From assembly GCF_009834535.1 (NCBI RefSeq), contig NC_045697.1, positions 84,012,001 through 84,076,000 on the forward strand: 64,000 nt of DNA. The letters run 5' to 3'. The stretch's first letter is position 1; each line of letters starts with the position of its first letter. The DNA is from Camelus ferus. Lineage: Eukaryota. Positions 49,633 to 62,675 of this stretch are shown here, piece by piece. Position numbers and translations under genes: made by a program. Below the pieces are notes generated by a model, which worked only from the letters and a program-made list of their open reading frames with translations, was not told where the DNA came from and did not search any database.

Positions 49633-52059
49633 ATGGGATTTCTCTAGCAGGTTTGTAGGTGAGCTAACTGGCATTTGTTTTGAAGCACTCTGCGAGCTAC
49701 TGTAGTATTTGTGGGAGGCAGCGTTGTGTTGTGAAAAGCTAGTTCATCCAACAAGCACTGACTGAGCGTTCACTGTGTGTAGGTTTTTAGGCCCTTGCGC
49801 CCTGATTCCCCGTCATTTCTCCTCATCAGGCTGACATTTATTTGTCCTTTAGAAAACATACCTCCTCCAATAATCCTTGGTGGTACGACCCTGCTGTGTG
49901 CTCCCACTGCCTGCTGTGTTAACGTTAATTATAGCAGTTATCACCTTGGGTTATACTTAACTACATACTTATCTATCTTAGAATATAAACGTCTTGAGGG
50001 CAGTACTTTGGACTGCAGAATGCCATAGGTCACATGAAAGACAGTCAGTGAATATGCAGGAAAATCACCTAACTAATTAATGAAATAACATAACCCAAGG
50101 AAAGCCTCAAGCTCCAACTCTATTTCCTTTGTAAATTCAACACAGACCTCCAGCTAGGTGGGAAGAGAGAGTAGCTGAGGGCTCTTGCCTGCCTCTGCAA
50201 GGCTCTCCTTGGCTGGCGCTGGCCCAGAATTTTTTGGCAAGATGGTGACATTCATGTAGGCTCTCCTCAATCAGAAATAAATAGGAGAAGTATTCGTCAG
50301 CCCCAGCAGGGAGTATGACTGGTTTTAAAACGCATCAACAGAACACTTACTTGGGCAGAGAGGACACTTGGCATGACCCTGATTTCCCTTCTTGAAGTAT
50401 GGGACTTGGAGATCCACTGTCACAGCCTAGCTCAGCCCCGTGGGCGTGACAAGGCGGGCAGAGCACGCAGGAAGGAGCTGCAGCAGCAGCAGCACCTGCG
50501 GCAGTGCCTCTGCCCCGGTGCCTTGTGCCGCTTCTGCTCATGTGCTTATCTCCATAAATTGCAGCCAAGCCCACATTTAGTCAAGTTTTATGTTTTACTG
50601 GTTGTCTTGTGACCTTACCTCTCATGGGGCCGGGGGAATGATGGCGAAATGGAGTGATTGGCAGGAGCAGCTGCAGAGTTGCTTATTGAGTCATGGTGTG
50701 GCCATCTCCTTTGCTGGGGAAAACTCAGGTTATCTCTGATGTCCAACATTCAAGAGGACTTATTCTTTTCCTCAAATACACTGGAAATTTCTCATTGATC
50801 ACATGATACTTTTGTAGTAATCTCAAACCTAGAAGAGACAACAAAGAAAGAATAAGTAGAAAGTGGTAGGCTTTGGAATGACTGGTACTGAGGGAAGTTG
50901 AGATGGACATTTAGGTAAAATTCAATTTCCTCATATTGACATTTATTCAGCACCTATTTATTGCATGCCTGTACGTGCAAGGCATACAACGGGTTGTAAA
51001 AGACAGAAAGATCTTCATATTGCAGTCACAGCTCTCAATGAATTTCAACTAGCTAGTAGCTTGAAAACTGAATGGGAGCTATTTTAAAAACACCCTTGAC
51101 ATTCCAGCCCAGTGAAGATTTTCTTCTTCCCTTTGTCCTTCTCTCTACAGACAACGGACTGTTCACCTCTCCATTTAGTCTGAATTCATGGTTGATTTCA
51201 GGCGTTATCTCTCAGCCCACAGCTCTTAAAATCATCCCTTCCTGGCTACTGTCCACCTTTCTTCCCCAAGTTGGACCTTACTTCTGTTTGCCTTTGCATT
51301 ACCTTTGATTGAATTTCCTCTTCTCAAACTCAGATACCCAAGAGGCCAAGGACGCTTATCACATACCCTTTAGATGAGTAGTTCTCAAAGTGTGGTCTGC
51401 AGACCTCCAGAGGTCTCTGAGATGCTTTCAGGAGATCTGTGAGGTCAAAATGATTTTCATAACAGTACTAAGACATTGTCTCATTCACTGTGTTGCAGTT
51501 TGCACTGATGGTGTAAGATGGATGACACCTTAGCATTTGAGGCAGTGACACATACCTGTACTAGGAGTTGTTGTATTCCTCACTGTCACTATTTGACTTA
51601 ACAAGATGCTGGTTTCAAGTAAGGATGTCCTTGATGAAGCAGTAAAAGTTTGCATTTTATTAAATCTCGAGCACACATTTTTCTAATATTCTGCAAGACA
51701 AAATGAACATACATATAAAGCACTTTGTCTTGAGCAATCACTTGTACAGTTTTTTGAATTCCAAGCTCAGTTAGTCATTTTTCTTCATGGAACATTTTTA
51801 CTTTAAAGAATGACTGACAGACAAACTATGGTTATTCAGACTTGGGTATTTAGCAGACATCTTCTAGAAAATGAGCAAAGTGAACCTGAGCCTGTCACTT
51901 CAAGGAAAACAACAGACAGTCTGAGCTTTCATGAGAAAATTAGAAAGTTGCACCTGCAACCATGAATTTGACAGCATCTCAATACTTATAGACTTCTTTG
52001 ATGAGATCATTGATGATACTAAAGAGTGTGATTTTATATACTGTATGGTGAAATGTGTC

Positions 52060-53154
52060 AACATAGGCAGAAAACTCTGTGATATAAATCACAGCAATAT
52101 ATTTTTGGATTCATGTTCAAGAGTAATGGAAATAAAAACAAAAATAAACATGGGGCCTAATTAAACTTAAAATCTTTTGCACAGAAAAGGAAACCATAAA
52201 CAAAACAAAAATACAACCTATGGAATGGGAGAAAATATTTGCAAATGATGCAACTGACAAGGGATTAATTTCCAAAACGTACAAGCAGCTCACACAGCTC
52301 AATACTAAAAAAAACCCCAACTCAATCAAAAAACGGGCAGAAGCTCTAAATAGACATTTCTCCAATGAAGACATACAGATGGCCAACAGGCACATGAAAA
52401 GATGTTCAACATCAATTATTTGAGAAATGCAAATCAAAACTATAATAAGGTATCACCTCACATTGGTCAGAAGGACCATTGTCAAAAAGTCTACAAATAA
52501 TACATGCTAGAGACGGTGTGGAGAAAAAGGAACCCTCCTACACTATTGGTGGGAATGTAAACTGGTGCAGCCACTATGGAGAACAGTATGGAGGTTCTTT
52601 TAAAAACTAGAGTTATCATATGATCCAGCAATCCCACTCCTGGGCATATATTCTGGAGAGAACTCTAATCTGAAAAGACGCATGCATCCCAATGTTCATA
52701 GCAGCACTATTTACAATAGCCAAGACACAGAAGCAACTTTAATGTCCACTGAAAGATGAATGAATAAAGGAAACATGGTATGTATGCGGCACACTGCTCA
52801 GACATAAAAAGGAATGAAATAATGTCATTTGCAACAACATAGATGGACCTAAAGATTATCATACTAAGTGAAATACGTCAGTCAGAGAAAAACAAACATA
52901 ATATATCACTTATATGTGAAATCTAAAAAAATGACACAAACGAACTTATTTACAAAATAGAAAGACTCATAGACATAGAAAACAAACTTATGGTTACCGA
53001 GGGGGAAAGATAAATTGGGAGTTTGGGATTAACAGATACAAACTACCATGTACAGAAAAGAGAAACAACTAGTTGCTACTGTATAGCACAGGGAACTATA
53101 TTCAATGGCTTGTAGTAACCTGTAATGAAAAAGAATATGTATGTGTATATATAC

Positions 53155-53204
<50 letters not shown>

Positions 53205-53288
53205 GTATAACTGAATCACTATGCTGTATACCAGAAATTAATACAACAATGTAAATAAAAAACAAAAATATATAAGGGAGAAGAAAAA
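52060..53288 (+). mobile_element. 5'-truncated L1 (3' end of ORF2, 3'UTR and A-rich tail), cetartiodactyl type
   Basis: ORF 52220-52423 (EWEKIFAN...DKGLISK...[22 protein letters not shown]) is classic L1 ORF2 C-terminal sequence, with stops and frameshifts. The 3'UTR has actgtatagcacagggaactatattcaa and ataactgaatcact motifs. Confidence 0.95.
53137..53208 (+). repeat. (TG)n/(TA)n compound microsatellite in the L1 3'UTR
   Basis: About 17 TG units at ~53160-53193, flanked by TA units. Confidence 0.93.
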
Positions 53289-56220
53289 AGAAAGTTGCAC
53301 CTGCCACTGTGAATTTGACAGCATCTCAGTACTTAAAAAGGCTGGTCTGATGAGATCATTGATGACATTAAGGAATGTGATTTTGTCTATTGTATGATGA
53401 AATATGTCAACATTTGGAAGATCAGCTAACTCAGTGAATCAATATTTTTCAAATGACTAGTGTGTGATGAAACAGAATCATGCATATGTGAAAGATCCAT
53501 CCAAAGTACAAAATAAACTAATGGAAGTATGAAAAGTTCATGACTATGGTTTCAGATTCCACATTGCAGCTTTAGAAACTGTCACTTACTGAATTCGATG
53601 TAGTATCAAAGAATATTCAAAATTATCTGAAAAGGTTATTAAAATACTCCTAGCTTTTCTAACTATGTATCTGTGTGAGTCTAGATCTTCTTCTATTTCA
53701 GTCAACACAATGTAACACAACAGAATGAATACAGAAGCACATATGAGAATTCAGCTGTCTTCTATTAAGCTCAGACATCACAGAGATTTACAGAAATGGA
53801 AAACCATGTTACTGTTTTCATTAAATTATCTTACTGTTAGAAAACATGGTTATTTTTCATAAAACATTTGTGTCAACATATTGTTATTTTATTTTAAAAT
53901 TAATTAAAAAACAGAAATTTTAAATGTCTTACTTTTTATTTCTGACATGGTAAATAACAATAGAACCCACAAGAACAAAAAGCCCTCAATTATTTTTGAG
54001 AGGGTTAGTGGGTCCTAAGACCATTTGAGACATTTGAGAATTGCTGCTTTAGATCACACACTCTTATACACTGATGATGGACTAAAGGAAATTCCAGTTA
54101 ACTAAAACTTTGGAGATCATTTAAATCAGCCCTTCCCAGAAAGGGCATAGTCCTTGATTAACATTCCTGCCCCTGTACCAGCATGTCTAGAGCTATAGAA
54201 AAACAGGTACATTTTCTGGGTACATGAGACATATTCAGTGTCTGAAATGAAACCATTTCAGTAAACACACCAATAGAAGCAAAGTATTTAGGACCTCAGA
54301 TTATGAATTTTAATCTACTTCCCTCACTTCATTAATGTGGCATTGCCTCAAATTTAGTTCTACCTTTAAATAGCAAAACTTCTATTTTAGCTGTTTGGAA
54401 TGGTAATCTTTCTAAAAGGTGTCACATGTTAAACTGCATCTAATCCATCTACTAAGATGATTTAAACATTTTAAATGACTTGTGATCATTATTATTGATG
54501 CCTATTATTTTTCTCAGATACAGTAGAGGCACTAAGTTCCATTGAGCATGTGAGAGTTTTTTACACTTCCATTAAATGATGCCAGTATTCTTTTTTTTTT
54601 TTTAAGGTTTTCATGAGTTTTTAAATGTTGGCTTTTACTTCCTTGCTTAATACAGCTGTATTAACTGTAACATCTTCCTTTATACAGGGTGCATGTTTGT
54701 TTCTCCATTTCTTATTTTTTGTAAACCAAATTAAAGAAGCTTATTAGAATTGTACAAAATTGGGCAAAGAGACTGAAAAAGGATTCCAGACACAGTGATG
54801 TACAGAAATTTTTGTGAACTTTATTTTTTACTATATTTTGACCACTCAAGAAGACTGAGTTGAGCTTACTTATAGGCTTTTTAGATAACTAAATTCTTAA
54901 TAGAGGAGGTATTACAGCATAGTAATCATTTGGTTAATAGTTGGGTGTGCAGTTAATAAATATAACCAGAGGTTTGAGAAACCCAAACAGTGAGTTCTAG
55001 TTCTGCTCTCTTTTCTGAGTAATCCTGATTATACTGGCTACTTATTTATCTAATCTTTTAGGTTTCACATGTGCTTTTTTAATGAGGTCTTTAAAAAGTT
55101 TTTCTTTCATATTCTGTGTAAATGTTTATAAAAAGAATCTGCCTGTAGTTCAAAGCCTCTGGACAGTCTTTCACAATTTAATCCAACAAAAGAGCAGACA
55201 GGGACATGTCCTACATAGGCTCTGGTCCATCAGTGCTTTTCTGAAAGAGCTGGGATGTTTACATTCTTAGGAAGGAAAGAAGAGCAGAGAATACCATTCC
55301 ATATTTGTACTTGTTGGTTTTCTAGCATCATGGTGGCTGCTTTGTAACGGCTCATAGCAGTTATACTGCGGCATTGTTTCTGCCTGTGGAATCACACTGG
55401 TATGCAGATTCTTAAGTATGCAGCCCCATGGATTAGGGCCTTCATTCCTGTCAAAGAGAGTTATTTACTCTGGGAATCCTTCCAAAGTTGCTACCAGGAA
55501 AGCTTTTTACTTTTATGGCAACTTGGTCCCTAAGGATAAAGAGAATCATCCTAGAAAAAGGAAAACTTTTTGCCCAGTATCTGGAAGTATATTAGTAACC
55601 AGAGCAGAAAATTCATAGTCTTCAAAAGTCAACCTGAGAACAGATTATTGAGCTTGAATTGAGGAATTCAGTATAGAATAACCGAAAAATTCTAATGTCT
55701 ACTTGTATTTGCATCCATGACCTGACTTGAATATACAGTGTAAGAATTATTTTCACTATGTAGACAATTTGTATAATTGAATTTCTTGTTCAATTTTTTA
55801 TATTTATCAATGTGCTAATGGAGAAAAGCCTCACTTCATTTTAGGAATTATCTATTCTCCTTTTAGAATGTTTGTCTAGACAACAGTACGGGTTTTTGAT
55901 CATCATTTCACTTTATTCCTTCTAAGTTCTTCACAAAGCTTTTAGTTCTTTCATATTGAGTCTTAGTATGTACTTTACAATGGTTTTTCTGAACTTCCTT
56001 CATTGTCCACAAGTTTTAGTCCCCCTCTGCCTTTCCTCCTTTATTCTTAGCAGACAGTGACCTCATACAATTTATCTAAGTTCCTGCACGGTCTCTCCTG
56101 TCTATCTTAAAATATCAGCATCTGTGTCCATCTTTTTTTCTTTTCTGTATTTGAGAAATAGTTGCCCTTTTGCTGTTTGTCCTTTTTTACCATCCATGTT
56201 TGCCCTTAATTCTATCTTTC

Positions 56221-56773
56221 TGTATCAGTTCAGGGTTCATTTGCAGAAAATAGAAACCTCTCTCGTTATTTTAGTGAGAAAAGGAATGGAAGAAGTACTT
56301 GTAGAACCGTTGAAAGATCTGGAAAAGCACATTTTAGGTAGGGCCTCCAAAAATGACTTCAAACAACACTGCAGAACTGGCACGAGGGATTGGCAACACT
56401 GGCCACAATCAGGAAGCTGAGAAGTCAGAAGGCTAATGGGCCAGCCCAGTGCCAGGTCCAGGGTTACACACCTTAGCTGTGATCTGAGATGAAGGAGCTG
56501 CCAGGAAAACTGCTGCATCCAGAGTAAAATCATCTCCCAGATCTGCACCAGCAAGATGGAGGCCTCATAGTCTGATGCCTCTCTCCAATTAATTCAGTGT
56601 CAAAACAAGTTTCTTGTCAGGTACACCTGCTTGCTGGGATTATATCACCCCCAGAACACTAGTTGAAGGAGAGTCTGGGAAAGGTTATTTTATCTTTTAA
56701 GCCTCTGTTTCAAAGAAGGCACATTCAAAGGGGCTTGGGACAAAAGTTGAGCAATGCAATCAACTCTGCTACA
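56221..56773 (-). mobile_element. Old MaLR LTR (MLT1K/L-like)
   Basis: Begins tgtatcagttcagggttc...gcagaaaatagaaacc, contains gaaggagagtctgggaaagg, ends ...tctgctaca (TG...CA termini). Confidence 0.65.
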
Positions 56774-58529
56774 GTCTTCCCCACTGACTTTTGATTTACT
56801 CAGTTATTAGTTATATTTCTTATGTATTTATCCCATGGCCTAGATATTTTCTCAAGTCTTGTTTTTCACTTTACTGTTTGAATTTCTGCACTAAATTCCA
56901 GGATGCTTTTTGCTTCCTACAATTAAGATTTTCCTTGGGTTATTACTATTTTTATTCCATCGTGTTCTGGTCCTTGTTGTTTTCTTTTGCCTTATCATCC
57001 TGAAACTGTTATATTTCTACTTACTATTGACTTCCAAAAATATTTTACCACTGTAAACATGAATTCCTAACAACTTGTAAACTCAGTTTTGCTACTAGGA
57101 AACTCTCCATCAAGGGCTGAGTTTGGAGCTCAGGATCTAGAGAGCAAGCCCATTAAAAGTGGGACTCATTTACTTACTTCTAAAACTTTAACCATCATCA
57201 TTGCTCTTGCAATGACCATTCTGACCATTTCTCTAGATAGTTGAGGAATACAGACCTACGTTTTCAGTTTAAGAGCCAGTTGGAGTGAGGGAATGCTTAT
57301 TAAATCTTGTCTCACAGGTTTGAGGGAAGTTTTGTCAAAGGCCTGAAGTGGAAAATCAAGGAAGGGGTGGGGCTTCAGAAAGGGCAACTAGATCACGGAC
57401 CACTTTCCAGCCTCTATCAAAATGTTTTTACTTGTTGTCTGAGATCATGTCACTCATCCTGTCTTAGTTATCTCAAGGTCCCAAGACTTTATTTTATGGA
57501 TTAAGGACAGCCCTACATGGGATAGGCTAATTTATGCTAATTTCCTCTTTCTTTTTCATGTAATTTTAATACATACAGTACTGGAACATAAGGAGGAGAT
57601 TGTCTTGGTTCTACCACTTTGACATCTTCCAAGAGGACTTGTCAATGAATTGTATGTGAAAATGCAGCCCATGAGACAAGATTTAGTTTCACTAATAGGA
57701 ATCTGACATGATTGATATGTCACATATACCACACAAAATAGTTTAAGTACAAGATTCTATGAGAACTCAAATCTGATACTTGTTTTCTAGTAAGTTCTGG
57801 AAGAGTTGGAAATGAAGCAATAATAAGTTAATAGAAAAGGAATTTTTTTCACTTTACCAGGGAATTATTTATCATAAAAATAAATGAGAATAGCTGACAC
57901 TATTCTTAGATTTAGTCTATGAAATGATAATAATACTGTTAAATTTCTCAAAGAAGCCTTAACTTTGCATTCAGTAAAATAAATCTTTCCTGATATGGAT
58001 CAAGAGGCTGTAAGCAATAGAACATAATATTTATACTTACATTACCAATATCTCTCTTAGATATATGGCCTGATTAAACTGAGACACTGAAAGGGAATAT
58101 AGTATTTATGGATAGAAACTCGCTCATCTGACAAATGTATTAGGTGTGGAATGAGGACTCTTAAAGGAATGTTTTCAAAGAAAAGGAATTATATCACATG
58201 CTCACATAGGTGTGTTGTATCAAATTACAGTTTGCCAAAGATGATTTTATTCAATTTTGAATTTGTAACATTCTGGGTCACAATACTGACTATTCTCCAA
58301 TCTCTAAGGAATATTTCATATATAACTCTTAATAAAAGAGGAAGAAGAAAACAAAATAAACAAAATCTGTCTTTCCCAAAACTGGTTTATGGACTGACTA
58401 GGCAAGTTTCTGTCACCTCTACCTGGTCCCTTCCGTTTCCTCCCTGACTTCACTCACCACATGTCAACTGTTGTTACACTTCTCTCTCTCTTCACTCTAG
58501 GGCTCATGGTAGACAATTTAGATTGTTGA

Positions 58530-58835
58530 CTAGGGAGGCAGTGTGTGTAATGGTTAAAAACACAAGCTCTAGAGTCAGAATCCCTGGGTTCAAATTCTGG
58601 CCCTAACTCTGTGATTTTAGGGAAGGTGCATAACTTGAGTCTCTGAGTCCTGAGTCTCTGTTTTCCTATCCATAAAATGAAAGTACTGGCAGTCCATCTG
58701 AGTGTATACAAGTGGAAGTACATTTATACTTCTCATTAAGGTTTTATAGAGATAAACGGTATAAGGATGTAAAAGGCTTAGCATAGCAAGTGCTCAATAA
58801 AAATAAGCCACTAAAATTTAAATATTTGTATTATT
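58530..58835 (+). mobile_element. MIR SINE
   Basis: aggcagtgtgtgtaatggttaaaaacacaagctctagagtcaga...ctgggttcaaattctggc...aagtgctcaataaa. Confidence 0.88.
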
Positions 58836-59016
58836 ACTTGTGCTGGGAAACATAATAGGCTTGTCTTCCTCCATCTTTCAGTTATAAAATATGTACTTGC
58901 TGAGGAAAAGACAGATAGAACATTATTTATCTTAGATTATGATGAGATAATACCGAGTATGTGAATAGAAACAAAAATATTTTATAGCTTTTCTTTTTAC
59001 TTGGCATGTTCCTTTT

Positions 59017-59044
59017 GTGTGTGTGTGTGTGTGTCTGTGTGTGT
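59017..59044 (+). repeat. (TG)n microsatellite
   Basis: gtgtgtgtgtgtgtgtgtctgtgtgtgt. Confidence 0.85.
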
Positions 59045-59052
59045 AGGAAGTT

Positions 59053-59159
59053 AATGCATTCTAATTCACTAGTCCCTTCTTACTAGAAATCAATGCATTC
59101 TTATTCACTAGTCAATTCATTCTTACTCAGTAGTCCCTTCTTGAGTCACTAGTCACTAG
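59053..59159 (+). repeat. Degenerate ~22-bp tandem repeat (aatgcattcttattcactagtc-like)
   Basis: aatgcattctaattcactagtc / aatgcattcttattcactagtc / aattcattcttactcagtagtc, plus partial ccttctt...actagtc units. Confidence 0.75.
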
Positions 59160-59390
59160 CTCCTTTATGAGCTGTGTGTGCATCATGGAACTTAACACAT
59201 ATTATTTTTAATCCTTATTAACCATCTGGAGAGATCAAATTTATTAGTTCTATTTTACACTTTGGAAAGCTAGAGCTTAAGGATGTAATGTAACTCATCT
59301 ATGTTCAGACAGTTAGTAAGCATGGGAGCCACACAATTGAAACCTATGTCTTCTTTCATCAGAGTTGGTGTTCTTTTCTACTAGGACATG
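59160..59390 (-). mobile_element. MIR SINE
   Basis: tttaatccttattaaccatctg...ctattttacactttggaaagctagagctta...cagttagtaag. Confidence 0.6.
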
Positions 59391-61150
59391 TATTTTATGA
59401 ATCTAGGACTAATCACCTTTGGAGAAGACTGGTTGATAATTTCAATGATAGAGATTCAACATTATAAATACTAATGATTTTTATGTCCAAACTTACTCTT
59501 ATTACTGACAATGTATTTCATTTTAACAAGTAAGAATGTTTTCAGGAGATAGAATTTTTACTTGGATACATAATAATGCACAATTATACAAATTATAAAA
59601 ATGCACAATTATACACAATATAAGGTAAAAATCTTTTGTACCCTCATAAATTTTTATTCTTCAAAATATACCTATGAACAGCACCATATTGGTGAAGTTG
59701 GCAAGGGGTATATGGGGGCATAATTGACCATGGCATACAACCTTGAAATGGAGAAAGAGTAGTCCTTTGGAAAAGCGTTTGTGGCAAGGAAAGTATCACC
59801 ATATGAACATGGTTCTTGAAGGAAAAATATTTCCTACTGTTCAGACAAATGCAAAAGGTCAGCTAAACACTATCACAGCAGTTGATGCTGAATGCTGACC
59901 TCAGACTGCATGCTCTGAAGGAATGCTAATGACTCCTACCGCAGTGCTTTTGCTTATTTGGCTACCGCTAAAAGCTCCACTTGACAAGCATAATGATGAA
60001 CTACACTTTTCCCATCAAACAACACATGTTTGGATGATAGACAGCTCTGCTGAGTTGGGGATTTGTTTATTTTCCAAGAACCAATTTTTCATCTTGCTCT
60101 ACAAACCCATGAAGCTGCTTAAAACTCACACAATTTATTGCTGATAAATGGAACCCCTGCTGCAAGATTAGGCCTTAGGGGGTACAGGGTAAAATGACAC
60201 ATCTGTTTTATCAACATAAAACCTCTTTAGTCCTCCAAAGGATTAATTTTCTGTTTGTATTCTAGTACATCTCACTCCACTGACTGAATGGTTTTATGCT
60301 TCAAAAATATGCTTTATTATCTACCTAATCTTACTTTATTAAAAATATTAAATAAATTTAAATGAATGAAATGTGAATAATTCTATCCCTAACTTAAATG
60401 TTCATTGTTGAGTACTATTTTATCCTTGACTTATTAGTAACTCTCTCATGACTCTTTATTTTAATAATTCCATTCAAGACAACAAAATAAATATATCTGG
60501 CAGTCAGTAAACAGATATTTTTCAAAACTGGATGAATATTCTCTTTCCCATTGCTTTTGTTGCTTCCTTGGAAATATTGAGTTCATTTAATTTTTACAAT
60601 AAATTAGCATGTTCTTTCAAAACAAAAGGAATGAGATTGTTCAGAAAAGGGGGAGGCCTTCTATATAGATTACAGTTTGTGACAATAAAAGAATAGACCC
60701 AACCAGAACAAAACTAACTGAATCACTTCAAATTTCAACAGCATCATTGCTTTGGCACTTAAAGAAATGCTTCTGCTTCTAAGAGTATCATTTTAAATGC
60801 AAATGCACTTGGAGATATAAACTTTAGAACTGTATCAGTAAGCATACTAATTATCATTTAAGACCTTAGTAGGAATTAGTGGGCACTTGTTAGAGATAAA
60901 CTGAAATACATTTCATGCCCAATCAGACATGAGCCTGGCTATGAAAGCATTCTTCAAGAAGGGCTGCTTACCTGGTTTTGACCTGTCTGGACTCAGAATC
61001 TTAATTTTAATAGTCAGAGAGGGATCCCCTTGGTAGAAAATATCTAGAATATTATCTTAAAGTGTTCTTAAATTTGAGATTGTATGATCATGGTACATGA
61101 TTTGTTGAGAATGATTAAATTCACATTATAAAATGAAGCCTAAACACATT

Positions 61151-61641
61151 AGTATCACCTAGGATCCCAGCAGGAAATAGGTGGCATGTTCAAAGGAGTA
61201 ATTAAAGATAATGTAATGCAGAGGCTAAAGCCTGGCTCAAGTGAACCAACAAATGATAATGAAACACCCAGAGATCAAGAGCAGGAAGCTATTATTATCC
61301 TCAGGCAAGGGTACAAGGAGATGGTGTGTTATTGGTGTGTTATTGGAACATAACTAGAGTTGAGGTGTGGAAGAGGGACAGACAAGCAGGAGCTGTGACT
61401 GTCTAGATCAAGGAACAGAGCCAATGCCAAGCCATGGCCCAGCAGGTCCAGCAGCGATAGCATCTCCCTGACCTCTCATTCCCTTTGCTTTTTGATCTGG
61501 GGCTTCCTGTTGACCAAATCCAGTCAGAAGTCAGCATGCATGGGAACCCAGTCAGTTCAGTCTCTAGAGGCCAGTCTCCCCACTGCCACAAAGCAGCACC
61601 AAGTAGGGTAGAGAATGTGCAGAGGGAGAAAAACCAGCACA
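61151..61641 (-). mobile_element. ERVL solo LTR, LTR33-like
   Basis: ggatcccagcaggaaataggtggca...aaccaacaaatgataatgaaacaccc...agaggccagtctccc...ccagcaca. Perfect 5-bp TSD acatt (61146-61150 / 61642-61646). Confidence 0.82.
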
Positions 61642-62489
61642 ACATTTTACCATAATCGTAATTATACAGCATGTAAGCCTCCAGGAATAACTGAAAGTTA
61701 ATCCTCACTAAGGATTGGTGGGAGCTCTCTGTTGTTATTCTACTCCTCTAAAGCTTTCTTCTTCCAGGATTTGAAGGTTCTAATCTATGTTTTTATTCAG
61801 TTCTTGTTCCACAGCAATCTGTGCTGGAATATGATGCAATCCTTAGAGCAAGGCTATTTTTATTTTTTGCAAAATAATCTCTTTTTTCTTTCTTTTTTGG
61901 TAAAGTTTGCTTAGTATCAAATCTTGAATAGTTGATTTCAATCAAGGATTTCTCCCCTTGACATAAATCTTAATATCCAGTTGCCTAATTTCCCCAGTTT
62001 TACTGGGATGGCTTTCATCAGTTCATTGAGCTGTACAGCTCTCTCCTTAGAATGATTGCTCTGCCTACAACTCCTTACAGTAGGTGTTCCACTCATCCTG
62101 GCAATGGGAAGGGCTTTTAAATTTTATTTAAATGGGAGAAGCCACTTTCTGATTGGTCAAACTTCACAGTGTGAAATAATTATCTTTATAATTAGTTTAA
62201 ACATCTGTCTTCCCCCCATTCTCTATTCTTTATTTCTGTCATTCTAATTCCTTTACCATAGATTTCCTTTCCTTTTTTTTGTCTACTTAGAATGCTATGA
62301 ATTAAATGTTGACATTATGGTATATAATAAATTGTGTGTGAGACGGGTGAGAAGTATAGCAGATGGTCTAATAGGTTGACAAATAAATTAAAAATCAGGG
62401 CAGATTTTACAGTTTGCAGATCTATTTACCTGTCCCAAGTAAAAATTTCTCAGAGATAGTGGTGCATTTTTTTTTAACAAGTTATGTGA

Positions 62490-62523
62490 TTCTAACTATT
62501 GCCTCCTTTTTCATTCCACTCAG
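62490..62523 (+). other. SYNPO2: Branch point, polypyrimidine tract and 3' splice site of SYNPO2 exon 2
   Basis: TTCTAAC at 62490-62496 (branch A at 62495), then CCTCCTTTTTCATTCCACT and CAG at 62521-62523. Confidence 0.85.
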
Positions 62524-62675
62524 ATCCGAAGCCAGAGTAAAGCCTCTGGGTCTGGGCTCTGTGAGGGAGATGAAGTGGTTTCTATCAACGGCAACCCTTG
62601 TGCAGACCTCACGTACCCAGAAGTCATTAAGCTCATGGAGAGCATAACAGACTCTCTCCAAATGCTCATCAAAAG
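62524..62675 (+). CDS. SYNPO2: Internal coding exon (exon 2) of synaptopodin-2, C-terminal part of the N-terminal PDZ domain; 152 nt, phase 0 to phase 2
   Basis: Translates without stops as IRSQSKASGSGLCEGDEVVSINGNPCADLTYPEVIKLMESITDSLQMLIK(R), with the PDZ signature GL-x-x-GD-x-V-x-x-ING. It matches my recollection of mammalian SYNPO2 residues ~36-86. Bounded by ...CACTCAG| and AAG|GTATAA. The ORF track misses it because it is short and has no start codon at the exon edge. Confidence 0.96.

Larger units (their letters stand above)
51376..54046 (+). mobile_element. Charlie1a-like hAT DNA transposon (deletion derivative), interrupted by an L1
   Basis: Starts gagtagttctcaaagtgtggtc and ends tttgagaattgctg. 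Perfect 8-bp TSD ctttagat at 51368-51375 and 54047-54054. Decayed transposase-like text (aaactatggttattcagacttgggtatttagcagacat). Confidence 0.88.
1..62523 (+). other. SYNPO2: Distal portion of SYNPO2 intron 1 (inferred)
   Basis: I found no sequence encoding the SYNPO2 N-terminus (MGTGDFICISMTGGAPWGFRLQGG...) upstream. SYNPO2 intron 1 is known to be very long in mammals. Confidence 0.8.

Noticed and set aside
52117..52437. ORFs of 106 aa (-) and 67 aa (+)
   Set aside because: Antisense and sense read-outs of a dead L1 ORF2 fragment, not host genes.
59575..59624. 25-bp tandem duplication aatgcacaattataca...
   Set aside because: Two copies in AT-rich DNA; an ordinary local duplication with no functional cue.
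62414..62647. 77-aa ORF overlapping the SYNPO2 exon
   Set aside because: Wrong frame; the real coding frame starts at 62524 after the splice acceptor.
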